Shown here piece after piece: positions 9,084 through 18,077 of a DNA stretch of 32,000 nt. The stretch is from an uncultured archaeon (lineage in GTDB: Archaea; Iainarchaeota; Iainarchaeia; Iainarchaeales; DATDZZ01): contig CAYJVY010000001.1 of assembly GCA_964373795.1 (NCBI GenBank), forward strand, positions 101,537 to 133,536, written 5' to 3'. Made by a program: the position numbers and the translations under genes. The notes below the pieces were generated by a model, which was not told where the DNA came from, ran no database searches, and was given only the letters and a program-made list of their open reading frames with translations. How positions within the stretch are numbered: position 1 is the stretch's first letter; the number at the start of each line of letters is the position of its first letter.

Positions 9084-9512
9084 ATGCCTAAAAGAAATGA
9101 AGCCTTTTTTTGCTTATATGAAAACTTTTTCTTAGAATTAAAAAAATCTCTTGGAAGAAAAGGAGTGAAACTTTGGCAAAAAGTAATGTTTAATGCTTTA
9201 ATGAATGCCTTCAAATTCGATGGCGCGCGAAAAAAATCCGGAATAAATTCCTTCATTAAATTTGTTGGCAAACGAGATAACAAGCTTGGATTGAAAGTTT
9301 CATTCAAAAAAACTCGTAACGGATTTATTTACAGGTTTGCTGTAGACCCTTTTCCTGGCTTGAAAGGGAAAACCTCTATTCAAACCATTACCGAATCATA
9401 TTTAAATCCCAAAAAAGAATATTTTTTAGGAAGCAAGTGGAGATTTAAAACTTCAAAGCATTTCTGGAAAGGAGATAACTTAATTGAACACGTTTTTTGG
9501 AGAGAGAATTAA
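9084..9512 (+). CDS. hypothetical protein (start moved to ATG 9084)
   Basis: GAGGTG ribosome-binding site at 9073-9078 precedes ATG 9084. Its stop TAA abuts the next ATG at 9513. No motif recognised. Confidence 0.55.
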   Translation: MPKRNEAFFCLYENFFLELKKSLGRKGVKLWQKVMFNALMNAFKFDGARKKSGINSFIKFVGKRDNKLGLKVSFKKTRNGFIYRFAVDPFPGLKGKTSIQTITESYLNPKKEYFLGSKWRFKTSKHFWKGDNLIEHVFWREN

Positions 9513-10283
9513 ATGAAGCGAAAAACTTTTTCAAAAGGAAGAAAAGAGTCTCGAAAAAAGTTTCAAGCAAGAAAGCTTGAAGGCCTTAAAGCAAGAATTC
9601 CAGAAGAAGTTAGAACTCTTTCATTCGCCGAATTTGTTAAAAGATGCAATAATTTTTCCCTTCTTTTTCGAGATAGTGGAACTGTAGAAAGAAAAAACCT
9701 TTTGAAAGAAATTGAAGCACTTAAACGTGTAAACCCAAAACTATTCAAAGAACTTAGTAGAGCAGTAACTAATTTTGATGCTATTTCTTCAGGACAAACA
9801 TGGTTTTTCCTCTTGGAAAAACTTAAAAGACCTTACAAGAGTTTTAGAAAAGATTGGCCAAAAATAAGAATGAAAAGAATAACTGATTTTAGGATTGACC
9901 AAAGGTTTAAGCGTGACCAAATCAAATTAGCAGAAGATCGTATTAAATTCAACAAATTTCTCTTAACTTCAAGAGGTGCAGAAAAAGCGCGACTTGAAGA
10001 AGAAATTGCTGCAAAAAGTTCCGAAATAGAAAGCTTGCAAGAAGAAATAACTCATATTGATAGACAAATAGCAGCTTTTGAACAAACATCTTTTCCAGGA
10101 AAGAGCAGTGCAGAGTTTGAGAGATACTTAAAAGGACTTAAGATAGAAAAGAGTATTTATAGTTCAAAGCACATGCAAAAATCCGTGCAAGAAGGATCAA
10201 TTCTTTATTCATTATTGTATAAAGCCTATAAAGCGTTTCGTAGATTTAATCCATCTCTTAAAAATTCACAATTATTTGTTTAA
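9513..10283 (+). CDS. hypothetical protein with a highly basic N-terminus and a predicted coiled coil
   Basis: 256 aa. Starts MKRKTFSKGRKESRKKFQARK. Heptad-like region ARLEEEIAAKSSEIESLQEEITHIDRQIAAFE. Abuts the upstream ORF. Confidence 0.6.
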   Translation: MKRKTFSKGRKESRKKFQARKLEGLKARIPEEVRTLSFAEFVKRCNNFSLLFRDSGTVERKNLLKEIEALKRVNPKLFKELSRAVTNFDAISSGQTWFFLLEKLKRPYKSFRKDWPKIRMKRITDFRIDQRFKRDQIKLAEDRIKFNKFLLTSRGAEKARLEEEIAAKSSEIESLQEEITHIDRQIAAFEQTSFPGKSSAEFERYLKGLKIEKSIYSSKHMQKSVQEGSILYSLLYKAYKAFRRFNPSLKNSQLFV

Positions 10284-10327
10284 CGCAATTTATTAAACTC
10301 TTTTGTTTGAACATTAATTAGGGTTAA

Positions 10328-11329
10328 ATGAATTCAGTTAAAGCTTCTGCTCCTGGAAATTTATTTTTTTTAGGCGAGCACGCAGTTGTTTATGGTTGTC
10401 CTGCAATTAACACTGCAGTTAACAAGAGAACTGTTGCAATTGCTTCAGAACGCACTGATAACAGAGTTGAAGTTGAATCAGCGTTTTATGGAAAAGCAAA
10501 TGCTTTGCTTCAAAATGGAAAATTAGTTGAAAGAAAATTTGAAGAAAAAGGATTAGATTCAATGCTTGATTTATGTGAATCCACTTTAAATGCATTTGAA
10601 TTGCGTTCAGGATTTAATTTGAAAATTGATTCAGAGATTCCAGTTGAATCAGGAATGTCTTCTTCTACTGCAGTTCTTTCAGCTTCTTTTAAAGCAATAA
10701 CTGAGTTGTTTGGACAAAAAGTTAAATTGGAAAAATATTTTGACTATTTATATCCTCATCAAGTAAAAATTCATGGAGGAAAAGCATCTGGAAGTGAAAT
10801 TGCTTCTTCGGCTTTTGGAGGGTTTAATCGCGTGCAAAAAATAACTTTGCCTGATGGAAAAGCAAAACTTGACTTTAAATCTTTAGGCAATCAAGAATTT
10901 CAAGTAGTAATTGGGAATACTAAAATTCGTTCCCCAACTGGCTTGGTTGTAGGAACACATCATCCATCTCTTTTCGCGCGATGGAAAGATCAAACAGATA
11001 AAGCAATTAAAGACATTGAAAAGCTTTCAAAAAAAATGCAGTCAGCAATAAAAAAAGGAAATGCAGAAGCAGTTGGAAAAATAATGAATAAAAATCATAA
11101 AATTTTGCGAGACAAATTTCTTGTAAGCCATCCAAAACTTGAAGACTGCATTAATGAAGCATTAAAAGCTGGTGCTTTAGGAGCAAAGCTTTCAGGAGCA
11201 GGATGGGGAGGAGTAATGTTTGCTCTTGTAACCCCTGAATCAAAGGAAGCAGTAGTGAAAGCAATTCAATCAACTGGTTCTGAAGCAATTTCTACTCAAA
11301 TTGGAGTTGAAGGCGTTCGCTTAGAATAA
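10328..11329 (+). CDS. mvk: mevalonate kinase
   Basis: Three GHMP kinase motifs: APGNLFFLGEHAVVYG, PVESGMSSSTAV and KLSGAGWGGVMFAL. Confidence 0.9.
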   Translation: MNSVKASAPGNLFFLGEHAVVYGCPAINTAVNKRTVAIASERTDNRVEVESAFYGKANALLQNGKLVERKFEEKGLDSMLDLCESTLNAFELRSGFNLKIDSEIPVESGMSSSTAVLSASFKAITELFGQKVKLEKYFDYLYPHQVKIHGGKASGSEIASSAFGGFNRVQKITLPDGKAKLDFKSLGNQEFQVVIGNTKIRSPTGLVVGTHHPSLFARWKDQTDKAIKDIEKLSKKMQSAIKKGNAEAVGKIMNKNHKILRDKFLVSHPKLEDCINEALKAGALGAKLSGAGWGGVMFALVTPESKEAVVKAIQSTGSEAISTQIGVEGVRLE

Positions 11330-11389
11330 CTTTCTTTGGAAAAGAAAAGTTAACAAAAGAAAGTGGTTAAAGAAAATTGTTAAAAGAAA

Positions 11390-12187
11390 GTGATTTTTTT
11401 GATTAAGAATTTTTTAATTGATTTAGATGGAGTAATCTATGAAGGGTCAAACATTATTCCAGGAGCTTTTCAAGCAATTGATTTTTTGCAGAAAAATAAT
11501 TTTCCTTTCCTACTTTTCACTAACACTAATTCTCGTACAAAAAATTCTTTAATGAGAAAACTTGCCAATTTTGGTTTTAATGTTCAGCCAGAAAATGTGT
11601 TCACTGCATTAGATGCAACAATTGAATTCATTAAATCCAAAAAACCTGCTGCAAAAATTTTTTCAATGCAGAACAAGGAAGTAATGGATTTCATGCAAGA
11701 AAATAGTTTGGAATTAGTGAAAAACGAGTTTGAAAGAGTGGATTTCGTAGTATTGGGAGTTGATTATGAAAACACTTTTTCTAAAATGGATTTAGCTTTT
11801 AGGCTTCTTTTAAACACTAAAGCAGAACTAATCTTGGTTTCAGGTGATAGATTTTATCCTGGCGGAGGAAAACTAATAATGGGGCCAGGAGGTTTTGCAA
11901 AAGCATTAGAATTTGCTTCAGGAAAGCAAGCAATTCTTATAGGAAAACCTTCCCCAAATTTTTTTGAAATTCCAGTAAAAAAATTTGGCTTCAAAGATTC
12001 CGAAACTCTTTACATTGGAGACACAGTTGACTTAGATGTAGAGCCAGCAAAAAAAGTTAAACTAAAAACAATGCTTGTTAAAACAGGGAATTTTTCAGAA
12101 AAAGAATTCAAGAACTCAAAAAACAAGCCAGACTATTTATTGAAATCAATTGCTGATTTACCTAAATGGATTGAGAAAAATCATTAA
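11390..12187 (+). CDS. HAD-superfamily phosphatase, subfamily IIA (NagD-like)
   Basis: Motif I is LIDLDGVIY, followed by FTNTNSRT, GKPSP and a C-terminal GDTVDLD. Confidence 0.8.
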   Translation: MIFLIKNFLIDLDGVIYEGSNIIPGAFQAIDFLQKNNFPFLLFTNTNSRTKNSLMRKLANFGFNVQPENVFTALDATIEFIKSKKPAAKIFSMQNKEVMDFMQENSLELVKNEFERVDFVVLGVDYENTFSKMDLAFRLLLNTKAELILVSGDRFYPGGGKLIMGPGGFAKALEFASGKQAILIGKPSPNFFEIPVKKFGFKDSETLYIGDTVDLDVEPAKKVKLKTMLVKTGNFSEKEFKNSKNKPDYLLKSIADLPKWIEKNH

Positions 12188-12261
12188 TTCCTTATTTAAA
12201 AATCTAAAGTACGTTGATTAACAAATTTCGTGAATGTTTTTAAAGTTCAATTGATAATTAT

Positions 12262-12849
12262 TTGTCTATGTTGAAATCCTTTGAATTAATTGTTGAAGGT
12301 CAAGTGCAAAGAGTGGGCTTTAGAAATTTTGTTAGCAGGATTGCTTTTGAGTTAAACATTAAAGGTGAAATTCAAAACATTTCTGGAGAAAAGGTAAGAA
12401 TACTTGTTCAAGGCGAACAAGAAAATCTTTCTGAATTTATTAAAAGAATTTGGGTGACTGAATGGCCTATTGATGTTTGGAATATTTCTAAAAAAGAAAC
12501 CAAGTCTCTAGAACAATTTGATAGATTTAAAATTATTAGAGGAAAAATTCAAGAAGAAATTAGTGAAAGAATGGATGAAGCAGCTTTTTTCCTTCAAAAA
12601 CTCAATAAAGATATGAATGAAAACTTTGGGAGATTGTTTAATGAAACCCATGAACATAAAAAGCTTACTGAAAAATTCTTGGAAGACTCTAATTTAAATT
12701 TCAATAAACTTGATTCAAAATATGGCATGATTTCTGAACAACTTGAAAAAGCAAACAAAAAACTAGACAAATTAGATAAGCTCGATGAAATTGGAGATTC
12801 TCTTGGTGCAATGAAAGATTCAATGCAAAGACTTGAGAAAAAGATGTAA
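12262..12849 (+). CDS. acylphosphatase-like domain fused to a C-terminal coiled-coil extension
   Basis: The N-terminal ~90 aa carry the acylphosphatase signature VEGQVQRVGFRNF...IKGEIQN...VRILVQGE. The C-terminal ~100 aa are K/E/L-rich and helical. The start may be ATG 12268. Confidence 0.7.
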   Translation: MSMLKSFELIVEGQVQRVGFRNFVSRIAFELNIKGEIQNISGEKVRILVQGEQENLSEFIKRIWVTEWPIDVWNISKKETKSLEQFDRFKIIRGKIQEEISERMDEAAFFLQKLNKDMNENFGRLFNETHEHKKLTEKFLEDSNLNFNKLDSKYGMISEQLEKANKKLDKLDKLDEIGDSLGAMKDSMQRLEKKM

Positions 12850-12856
12850 CTTTTTT

Positions 12857-13654
12857 TCACTGCTTTAGATTGATTTTAAGCATAAAGATTTTTTCAATGT
12901 AATCTATTATTGAATAAAAAATTATCCCCCAAAATGAAATCAATAAAATTGCTGCAAACATCAAAGGAGTATTCAAATAATAAGAAGAGTTCACAATTAT
13001 GTGTCCCAATCCTTGAGTTGCACCAGTGAATTCTCCAATTATAACTCCTACAACTGCCAGAGTACTTGAAATTTTTAGTGAAGAAAAAACAAATGGCAGT
13101 GAATTAGGAATTTGAAGCTTCAATAATGTTTGCAGTCGCGTAGCAGAATAGGATTTCATTAAATCTAGTTGTTCTTTTTCAATGCCTTGAAGTCCTTCCA
13201 ACGAATTTATTAAAACAGGAAAAAAAGCAACAAGGCTTCCCATAACAATTTTTGATTCTAATCCATTTCCAAACCATAAAATTAATGCTGGTGCAAGAGC
13301 AATTAGTGGAGTGGCCTTTATTGCAATTGCAAAAGGAAGAAAAGAATTTTTTACAGTTTTTGAAAGAACAAAAACAATTGCTAATAAAAAAGCTAGCAGG
13401 CTTCCAATAATAAAAGCAGAAACAGATTCAAATGCAGTGACAAAAAGATTTGAATATAATTCTCGGTTATTAATAATGATTGATTTTATTACCTCTGAAA
13501 ATTTTGGGATAATTATATTATCAACTATTTCAAGAGAAGCAAAAAACTCCCAAAAACCAAGAAATAAAATCAATACAATTAAAGGCAGAATTAATTCTTT
13601 TGCTTTATCAATAAATTTTTTAAGCATTTTACATACTCCTGAAATTTTTTGCAA
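12857..13654 (-). CDS. ABC transporter permease (NitT/TauT/SsuC-like)
   Basis: Multi-TM protein in an operon with the ATPase and binding protein. An internal Met at 13627 would reduce overlap with the upstream ATPase gene. Confidence 0.8.
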   Translation of the reverse strand: MQKISGVCKMLKKFIDKAKELILPLIVLILFLGFWEFFASLEIVDNIIIPKFSEVIKSIIINNRELYSNLFVTAFESVSAFIIGSLLAFLLAIVFVLSKTVKNSFLPFAIAIKATPLIALAPALILWFGNGLESKIVMGSLVAFFPVLINSLEGLQGIEKEQLDLMKSYSATRLQTLLKLQIPNSLPFVFSSLKISSTLAVVGVIIGEFTGATQGLGHIIVNSSYYLNTPLMFAAILLISFWGIIFYSIIDYIEKIFMLKINLKQ

Positions 13655-14316
13655 TGTTTTATCTCAGGATTTCTTGGCCTGGAAAAATCAATTTTAATAA
13701 TTTTTTTTACCATAGAAGGTATTTCAGATAAAACAATTATTTTGTCTGAAAGAAAAACTGCTTCTTCTAAATGATGAGTGACAAATAAAATTGTTCGCTT
13801 TTTTTTCAACCAAATATTTTGCAACTCTATTGCAAGTGTTTCTCTTGAAAGTTCGTCTAGTGAAGCAAAAGGTTCATCCATTAAAAGCAAATCTGGTTGA
13901 AACGATAAAGCTCTAGCAATTGCAGTTCTTTGTTGCATTCCTCCCGAAATCTGATGAGGGAAAAATTTCTCAAAATTTTGTAATCCAACCAATTCAACAA
14001 ACTTTTTAACATGTTTTTCGCTATTTCCCAAAATTTCTTGAGGTAGTTTAATATTTTCTTCAACTGTTCGCCACTTCAATAATCCCGGTTTTTGAAATAC
14101 AAATCCAAATCTTGGATTAGTTTTCTGAATTTCTATATTTCCATTTGAAGGATTTTCTAATCCTCCGATAATTCTTAAAAGAGTGCTTTTTCCACAACCA
14201 CTTTTTCCTACAAGTGAAACAAATTCTCCTTGTTCTGCATGAAAGTTCACATCTTTTAATACAAGTAATTCTTCAGGAGAATTAAAAACCTTTGAAACAT
14301 TTTCTACTTTAATCAT
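13591..14316 (-). CDS. ABC transporter ATP-binding protein (nitrate/sulfonate/taurine family)
   Basis: Walker A GKSGCGKST, signature ISGGMQQR, Walker B LLLMDEPFASLD, H-loop FVTHH. Confidence 0.92.
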   Translation of the reverse strand: MIKVENVSKVFNSPEELLVLKDVNFHAEQGEFVSLVGKSGCGKSTLLRIIGGLENPSNGNIEIQKTNPRFGFVFQKPGLLKWRTVEENIKLPQEILGNSEKHVKKFVELVGLQNFEKFFPHQISGGMQQRTAIARALSFQPDLLLMDEPFASLDELSRETLAIELQNIWLKKKRTILFVTHHLEEAVFLSDKIIVLSEIPSMVKKIIKIDFSRPRNPEIKHCKKFQEYVKCLKNLLIKQKN

Positions 14317-15315
14317 TTAATCCCTAATATTCAATTTGTTTACAAAAGATGTGTCAAAGGCGTCATCTACATTGAATGGTTTTTCAACTACTTTTTCAGT
14401 TAAAAGTCTATCATATGTTTCTTGAAACATTTGCGTATCCATAAACCCATAAGGATTTTTAGAAACAGGTTCATTGTAAATATGCAGTCTTTTTAATTCA
14501 ATATTTTCATTTATTTTTGCATCATATTTTGCTAAAATTTCAATAGATTCTTTTGGATAATTAACGCTATACTTTAAGCCTTTCAATGTTGCTCTCAAAA
14601 ACTTTTCAGTAGTTTTAGGATTTTTTTCAATAAAGTCTTCCCTAGCAAAAAGAGTATATCCATGACTACTAACTCCGTAATCCTTTGGATCAATTGAATT
14701 TATTTCAATTCCTTTTTCAGGAAGATCTATGCCTGCTGTTGGCCTAAAAGCAAATTGTGCATCAATTTGTCCGGAAACAAGTTGACTATAATTATATCCG
14801 ACATCCACCTCTTGCACACTAATTTTCTCTTTATTGAAAAGTGCATGCAAGATATCAGTAGAAATATGTCCATAATAAAATCCAACTTTTTTTCCTTGCA
14901 AGTCTTCAACTTTTGTTAAACCACTTTTTTTAAGTGAAAGCAATACAACAAAGTTTGCATTTTTATGAAAAACTGCAATGGCTTTTAATGGCTGGCTCTT
15001 GCCTCTTGCAACAAGTAAGGTGTCAGGTCCGCCAAGCAAACCAAACTCATCAGATTTTGTTAAAATCATTTTAACTGGATTAAGTTCTGGAGAGCCATGA
15101 TTAAAAGTTACATCTAATCCTTCTTCAGCATAATACCCTTTATTTAAAGCCACATAAAAAGGTGTTTGCCCGGCTTCAACAAAGGGAATTGGAAATCTAA
15201 CTGACACTTTTTCTAATTTTTTAGAGTCATTATTAGAATTCGATGAAACACATCCCAAAATCAAGAGAAAAATGATTACTCCGCTAACGATAACTATCAA
15301 CTTATTCGAATTCAT
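14317..15315 (-). CDS. ABC substrate-binding protein, NMT1/THI5-like (SsuA/TauA/ThiY family), lipobox-like signal peptide
   Basis: N-terminal TM followed by LILGCVSS. Periplasmic-binding-protein-like length. Its stop abuts the ATPase start (14316/14317). Substrate is not assignable. Confidence 0.7.
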   Translation of the reverse strand: MNSNKLIVIVSGVIIFLLILGCVSSNSNNDSKKLEKVSVRFPIPFVEAGQTPFYVALNKGYYAEEGLDVTFNHGSPELNPVKMILTKSDEFGLLGGPDTLLVARGKSQPLKAIAVFHKNANFVVLLSLKKSGLTKVEDLQGKKVGFYYGHISTDILHALFNKEKISVQEVDVGYNYSQLVSGQIDAQFAFRPTAGIDLPEKGIEINSIDPKDYGVSSHGYTLFAREDFIEKNPKTTEKFLRATLKGLKYSVNYPKESIEILAKYDAKINENIELKRLHIYNEPVSKNPYGFMDTQMFQETYDRLLTEKVVEKPFNVDDAFDTSFVNKLNIRD

Positions 15316-15434
15316 TTTTTGTTCACCTTTTACAATTAATAAGTAAATCTTGTCCTCGCTTGTTATTATATATTATTGTCCCCTTATGGGGTCGAAGTGA
15401 ATATAATTAAAAACCCTTTATAGAGAAATTTGTT

Positions 15435-16181
15435 ATGAATCACAAATTGTTTGAGGATATTGGTTTAACCTCTGGAGAAGTAAAAGTTTATTTTGCTTTA
15501 TTGAAGTTAGGCGCCACTAAAACAGGAGCGCTAGCTATAAATGCAGGGGTTTCTTCTTCAAAGGTTTACAAAATTCTTTCAAGGCTTGAAAAAAAAGGGC
15601 TTGCAGGGCATATTCTTAAAGGTAAAATAAAATACTTTAGCGCTAATGCTCCTAAAAGAATTCTTGATTATGTGGATGAAAAAGAATCTATTTTGCAGGA
15701 AAAAAAAGCTTTAATTGAGGAGTTACTGCCAGAATTAGAAAAACAAAAATTGTCTAGTAAAACTGAGGCAACAATTTATGAAGGCTTTAAGGGAGTTACA
15801 AATTTTTTCAAAAACATTTTGCACGAACTCAAAACAGGCGAAACTTATTATGTTATTGGCGCTGGATATGGAGATGATATTCTTGAATTGCGCGAATTTT
15901 TTTATAGTCATCATGCTAAAAGAGCTAAAAGAAAGATTAAAGTGAAAATGTTGGCAAATCATAATGTTAAAGACTCATTGGTTTCTACAAGTAAAAAAAA
16001 TTCTGAGATAAGATTTTTGCCTCAATATTTGATCACTAATATGGAGATTGTTTTCTATAAAAACAAGGTTTTCATTGCTTTATTAACTCATGAACCAATT
16101 GGTTTCTTGATTGAAAGCGAGGAAGCAGTTAAAAGCTTTCAATCCTATTTCAATGCTTTTTGGAAAATAGCTAAAAAATAA
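15435..16181 (+). CDS. TrmB-family transcriptional regulator
   Basis: N-terminal winged helix LFEDIGLTSGEVKVYFALLKLGATKTGALAINAGVSSSKVYKILSRLEKKGL plus a C-terminal effector-like domain. Divergent from the ABC operon. Confidence 0.85.
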   Translation: MNHKLFEDIGLTSGEVKVYFALLKLGATKTGALAINAGVSSSKVYKILSRLEKKGLAGHILKGKIKYFSANAPKRILDYVDEKESILQEKKALIEELLPELEKQKLSSKTEATIYEGFKGVTNFFKNILHELKTGETYYVIGAGYGDDILELREFFYSHHAKRAKRKIKVKMLANHNVKDSLVSTSKKNSEIRFLPQYLITNMEIVFYKNKVFIALLTHEPIGFLIESEEAVKSFQSYFNAFWKIAKK

Positions 16182-16240
16182 AAAGCAATTAATTTGCTTT
16201 CATCAAGCTATTTAATTCTTTTTCTTGGTTTAATTATTTA

Positions 16241-16891
16241 ATGACTTCGACTTTAGTTTACCTTGTAAGACATGCAGAAACTGATTGGAATGTTTTGAAA
16301 AAACTTCAAGGGCAAACAAATGAACAAAATTTAACTCTATTAGGATTAAAGCAAGCAGAGTGTTTGAAAAAATTTTTTGAGGAAAACCCTGTTGACTTGA
16401 TTTTTTCTAGTCCAATGAAGAGGGCAATGGATTCAGTGAAAATTGTTTTTCCTGGCAAAAGAGTTTTCACTGATCATAGATTAATTGAACGAGGTTTTGG
16501 AGAATTTGAAGGAAAAACATGGCAAGAAATTGAAGCAATTCGTCCTGGATTACATGCATTGTATAAAGATACTAGAACATTGCCCGAAGTAAAAGGAGCT
16601 GAAACAATTGAAGAACTTCAAAACAGGTCAGTTGAAGCCTTGCAAGACATAATTAAAATTGGAGAAGGAAAGAAAATTGCAGTAATTGTTCATGGAGCAA
16701 CAATTAAAACAATTTTGTTAAAAATCTTAAATAAGCCTTTTACTTTCTATAAAGAAATTCCTCAAAAAAACGGCTGCATTAATTTGTTAGAGTTTTCAAG
16801 TAAAAATTTTAGTTCAGGAAAAATTTTAATTCAAGGAGATTTAAGTCATTTACAAATTTTGTCTGAAAAAGATTTTGATTTAAAGAGGTGA
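16241..16891 (+). CDS. histidine phosphatase superfamily protein (phosphoglycerate mutase-like)
   Basis: Catalytic RHG-type start LVRHAETDWN, plus later ERGFGEFEG and HGATI motifs. Its TGA stop lies 4 nt before the decarboxylase TTG start. Confidence 0.85.
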   Translation: MTSTLVYLVRHAETDWNVLKKLQGQTNEQNLTLLGLKQAECLKKFFEENPVDLIFSSPMKRAMDSVKIVFPGKRVFTDHRLIERGFGEFEGKTWQEIEAIRPGLHALYKDTRTLPEVKGAETIEELQNRSVEALQDIIKIGEGKKIAVIVHGATIKTILLKILNKPFTFYKEIPQKNGCINLLEFSSKNFSSGKILIQGDLSHLQILSEKDFDLKR

Positions 16892-16895
16892 TTGT

Positions 16896-17900
16896 TTGAC
16901 TTCCAAAATTTTAAAAGCAACAGCTTTGGCTAATGCAAATATTGCTTTAACAAAGTATTGGGGGAAAAGAGATAAAGCATTAATTCTGCCAATGAACGGT
17001 TCAACCTCGGTTTCATTAAATCATTTAAACACTATTACAACAGTGGAGTTTTCTGAAAAATTTAAAGAAGACTTTATTACTTTAAACGATGAAGAATTAA
17101 AAAAAGATGCAGCAGATATTGTAAAACATTTAGATCTTATTCGTGAAATGGCTGGAATAAAATTTAAAGCCAAAATGATTTCAACCTCTAATTTTCCAAT
17201 TGCAGCTGGCTTGGCTTCAAGTGCTTCTGGTTTTGCAGCTCTTTCTTTAGCTGCTTCAAAAGCAGCTGGCTTGGAGTTAAATGAAAAAGAATTATCCATT
17301 CTCGCTCGCCGAGGAAGCGGTTCCGCTTCCAGATCTATTCCAGGAGGATTTGTTGAATGGAAAAAAGGTGAACAAGCAGATGGTTTAGATAGTTTTGCTT
17401 ATTCTTTTGCTTCAAAAGATTATTGGCCTGAATTTAGAATGCTTACAACAATTTTAACTGAAGCTAAAAAGAAATGGAGTTCTAGATCTGGAATGGCTCA
17501 AACAGTTGCTTCTTGCAAGCTTTACAAGGGATGGCTTGACTCAGTTCAAGAAGACATTGAAGGATTAAAAAAAGCGGTTTTGCAAAAAGATTTTCAAACA
17601 GTTGGAGAAATAGCTGAAATGAATTGCTTGAAAATGCATGCAACAATGATTTCTACTAATCCTCCAATAATTTATTGGCAGCCTGCAACTATTTCAGTAA
17701 TTCATTCAGTTCTTTCTTGGCGCGATCAAGGCCAAAAATGTTTTTTTACTATAGATGGCGGTCCAAACGTTAAAGTAATTTGTTTAGCGCAAGACGCAAA
17801 ACACTTGACAAAAGAGTTGCTCGCAGTAGAAGGAGTAAAAAAAGTAATTGAATGCTCTCCAGGAGACAAAGCTCAACTCATTGAAAAACACTTGTTTTAG
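16896..17900 (+). CDS. mvaD: diphosphomevalonate decarboxylase family (MDD; substrate MVAPP versus MVAP not resolvable by eye)
   Basis: Motifs NIALTKYWGKRD, AAGLASSASGFAAL, RRGSGSASRSIPGGFVEW, MHATM and TIDGGPNVKV. TTG start preceded by GAGGTGA. Confidence 0.9.
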   Translation: MTSKILKATALANANIALTKYWGKRDKALILPMNGSTSVSLNHLNTITTVEFSEKFKEDFITLNDEELKKDAADIVKHLDLIREMAGIKFKAKMISTSNFPIAAGLASSASGFAALSLAASKAAGLELNEKELSILARRGSGSASRSIPGGFVEWKKGEQADGLDSFAYSFASKDYWPEFRMLTTILTEAKKKWSSRSGMAQTVASCKLYKGWLDSVQEDIEGLKKAVLQKDFQTVGEIAEMNCLKMHATMISTNPPIIYWQPATISVIHSVLSWRDQGQKCFFTIDGGPNVKVICLAQDAKHLTKELLAVEGVKKVIECSPGDKAQLIEKHLF

Positions 17901-18077
17901 AAGGACTGATTTAATGATTAGGTTTACATCAAAGATTGTAAAAGTTGGAAAAGATATTTATGCATTATTTCCTGGCGAACTATAAAAACGCTTTACAACT
18001 TACTCCGTGGTTTTTGATTGAATTAGATTGGTATTTAAATAATTTCAAAAAATAATTTATAGCTGGTTTGAATTTTT

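Noticed and set aside
8960-9307. 115-aa minus-strand ORF overlapping the 9084-9512 plus-strand ORF.
   Set aside because: The plus-strand ORF has a GAGGTG ribosome-binding site, abuts the next gene and has neighbour-like composition. The minus ORF has no ribosome-binding site and an odd F/L/N-rich composition. It cannot be fully excluded.
15316-15434. TPP (thiamine) riboswitch upstream of the NMT1/THI5-like binding-protein gene.
   Set aside because: The minus-strand leader lacks the conserved CUGAGA and ACCUGAUCUGGAUAAUGCCAGCG-like elements. Only a 4-bp GC hairpin is present.
17914-17985. 23-codon ORF MIRFTSKIVKVGKDIYALFPGEL, resembling the N-terminal strand-turn of AbrB/SpoVT/MazE antitoxin domains.
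   Set aside because: It is too short to be a functional domain and no partner toxin gene is adjacent. It may be a decayed remnant and is not supportable as a feature.
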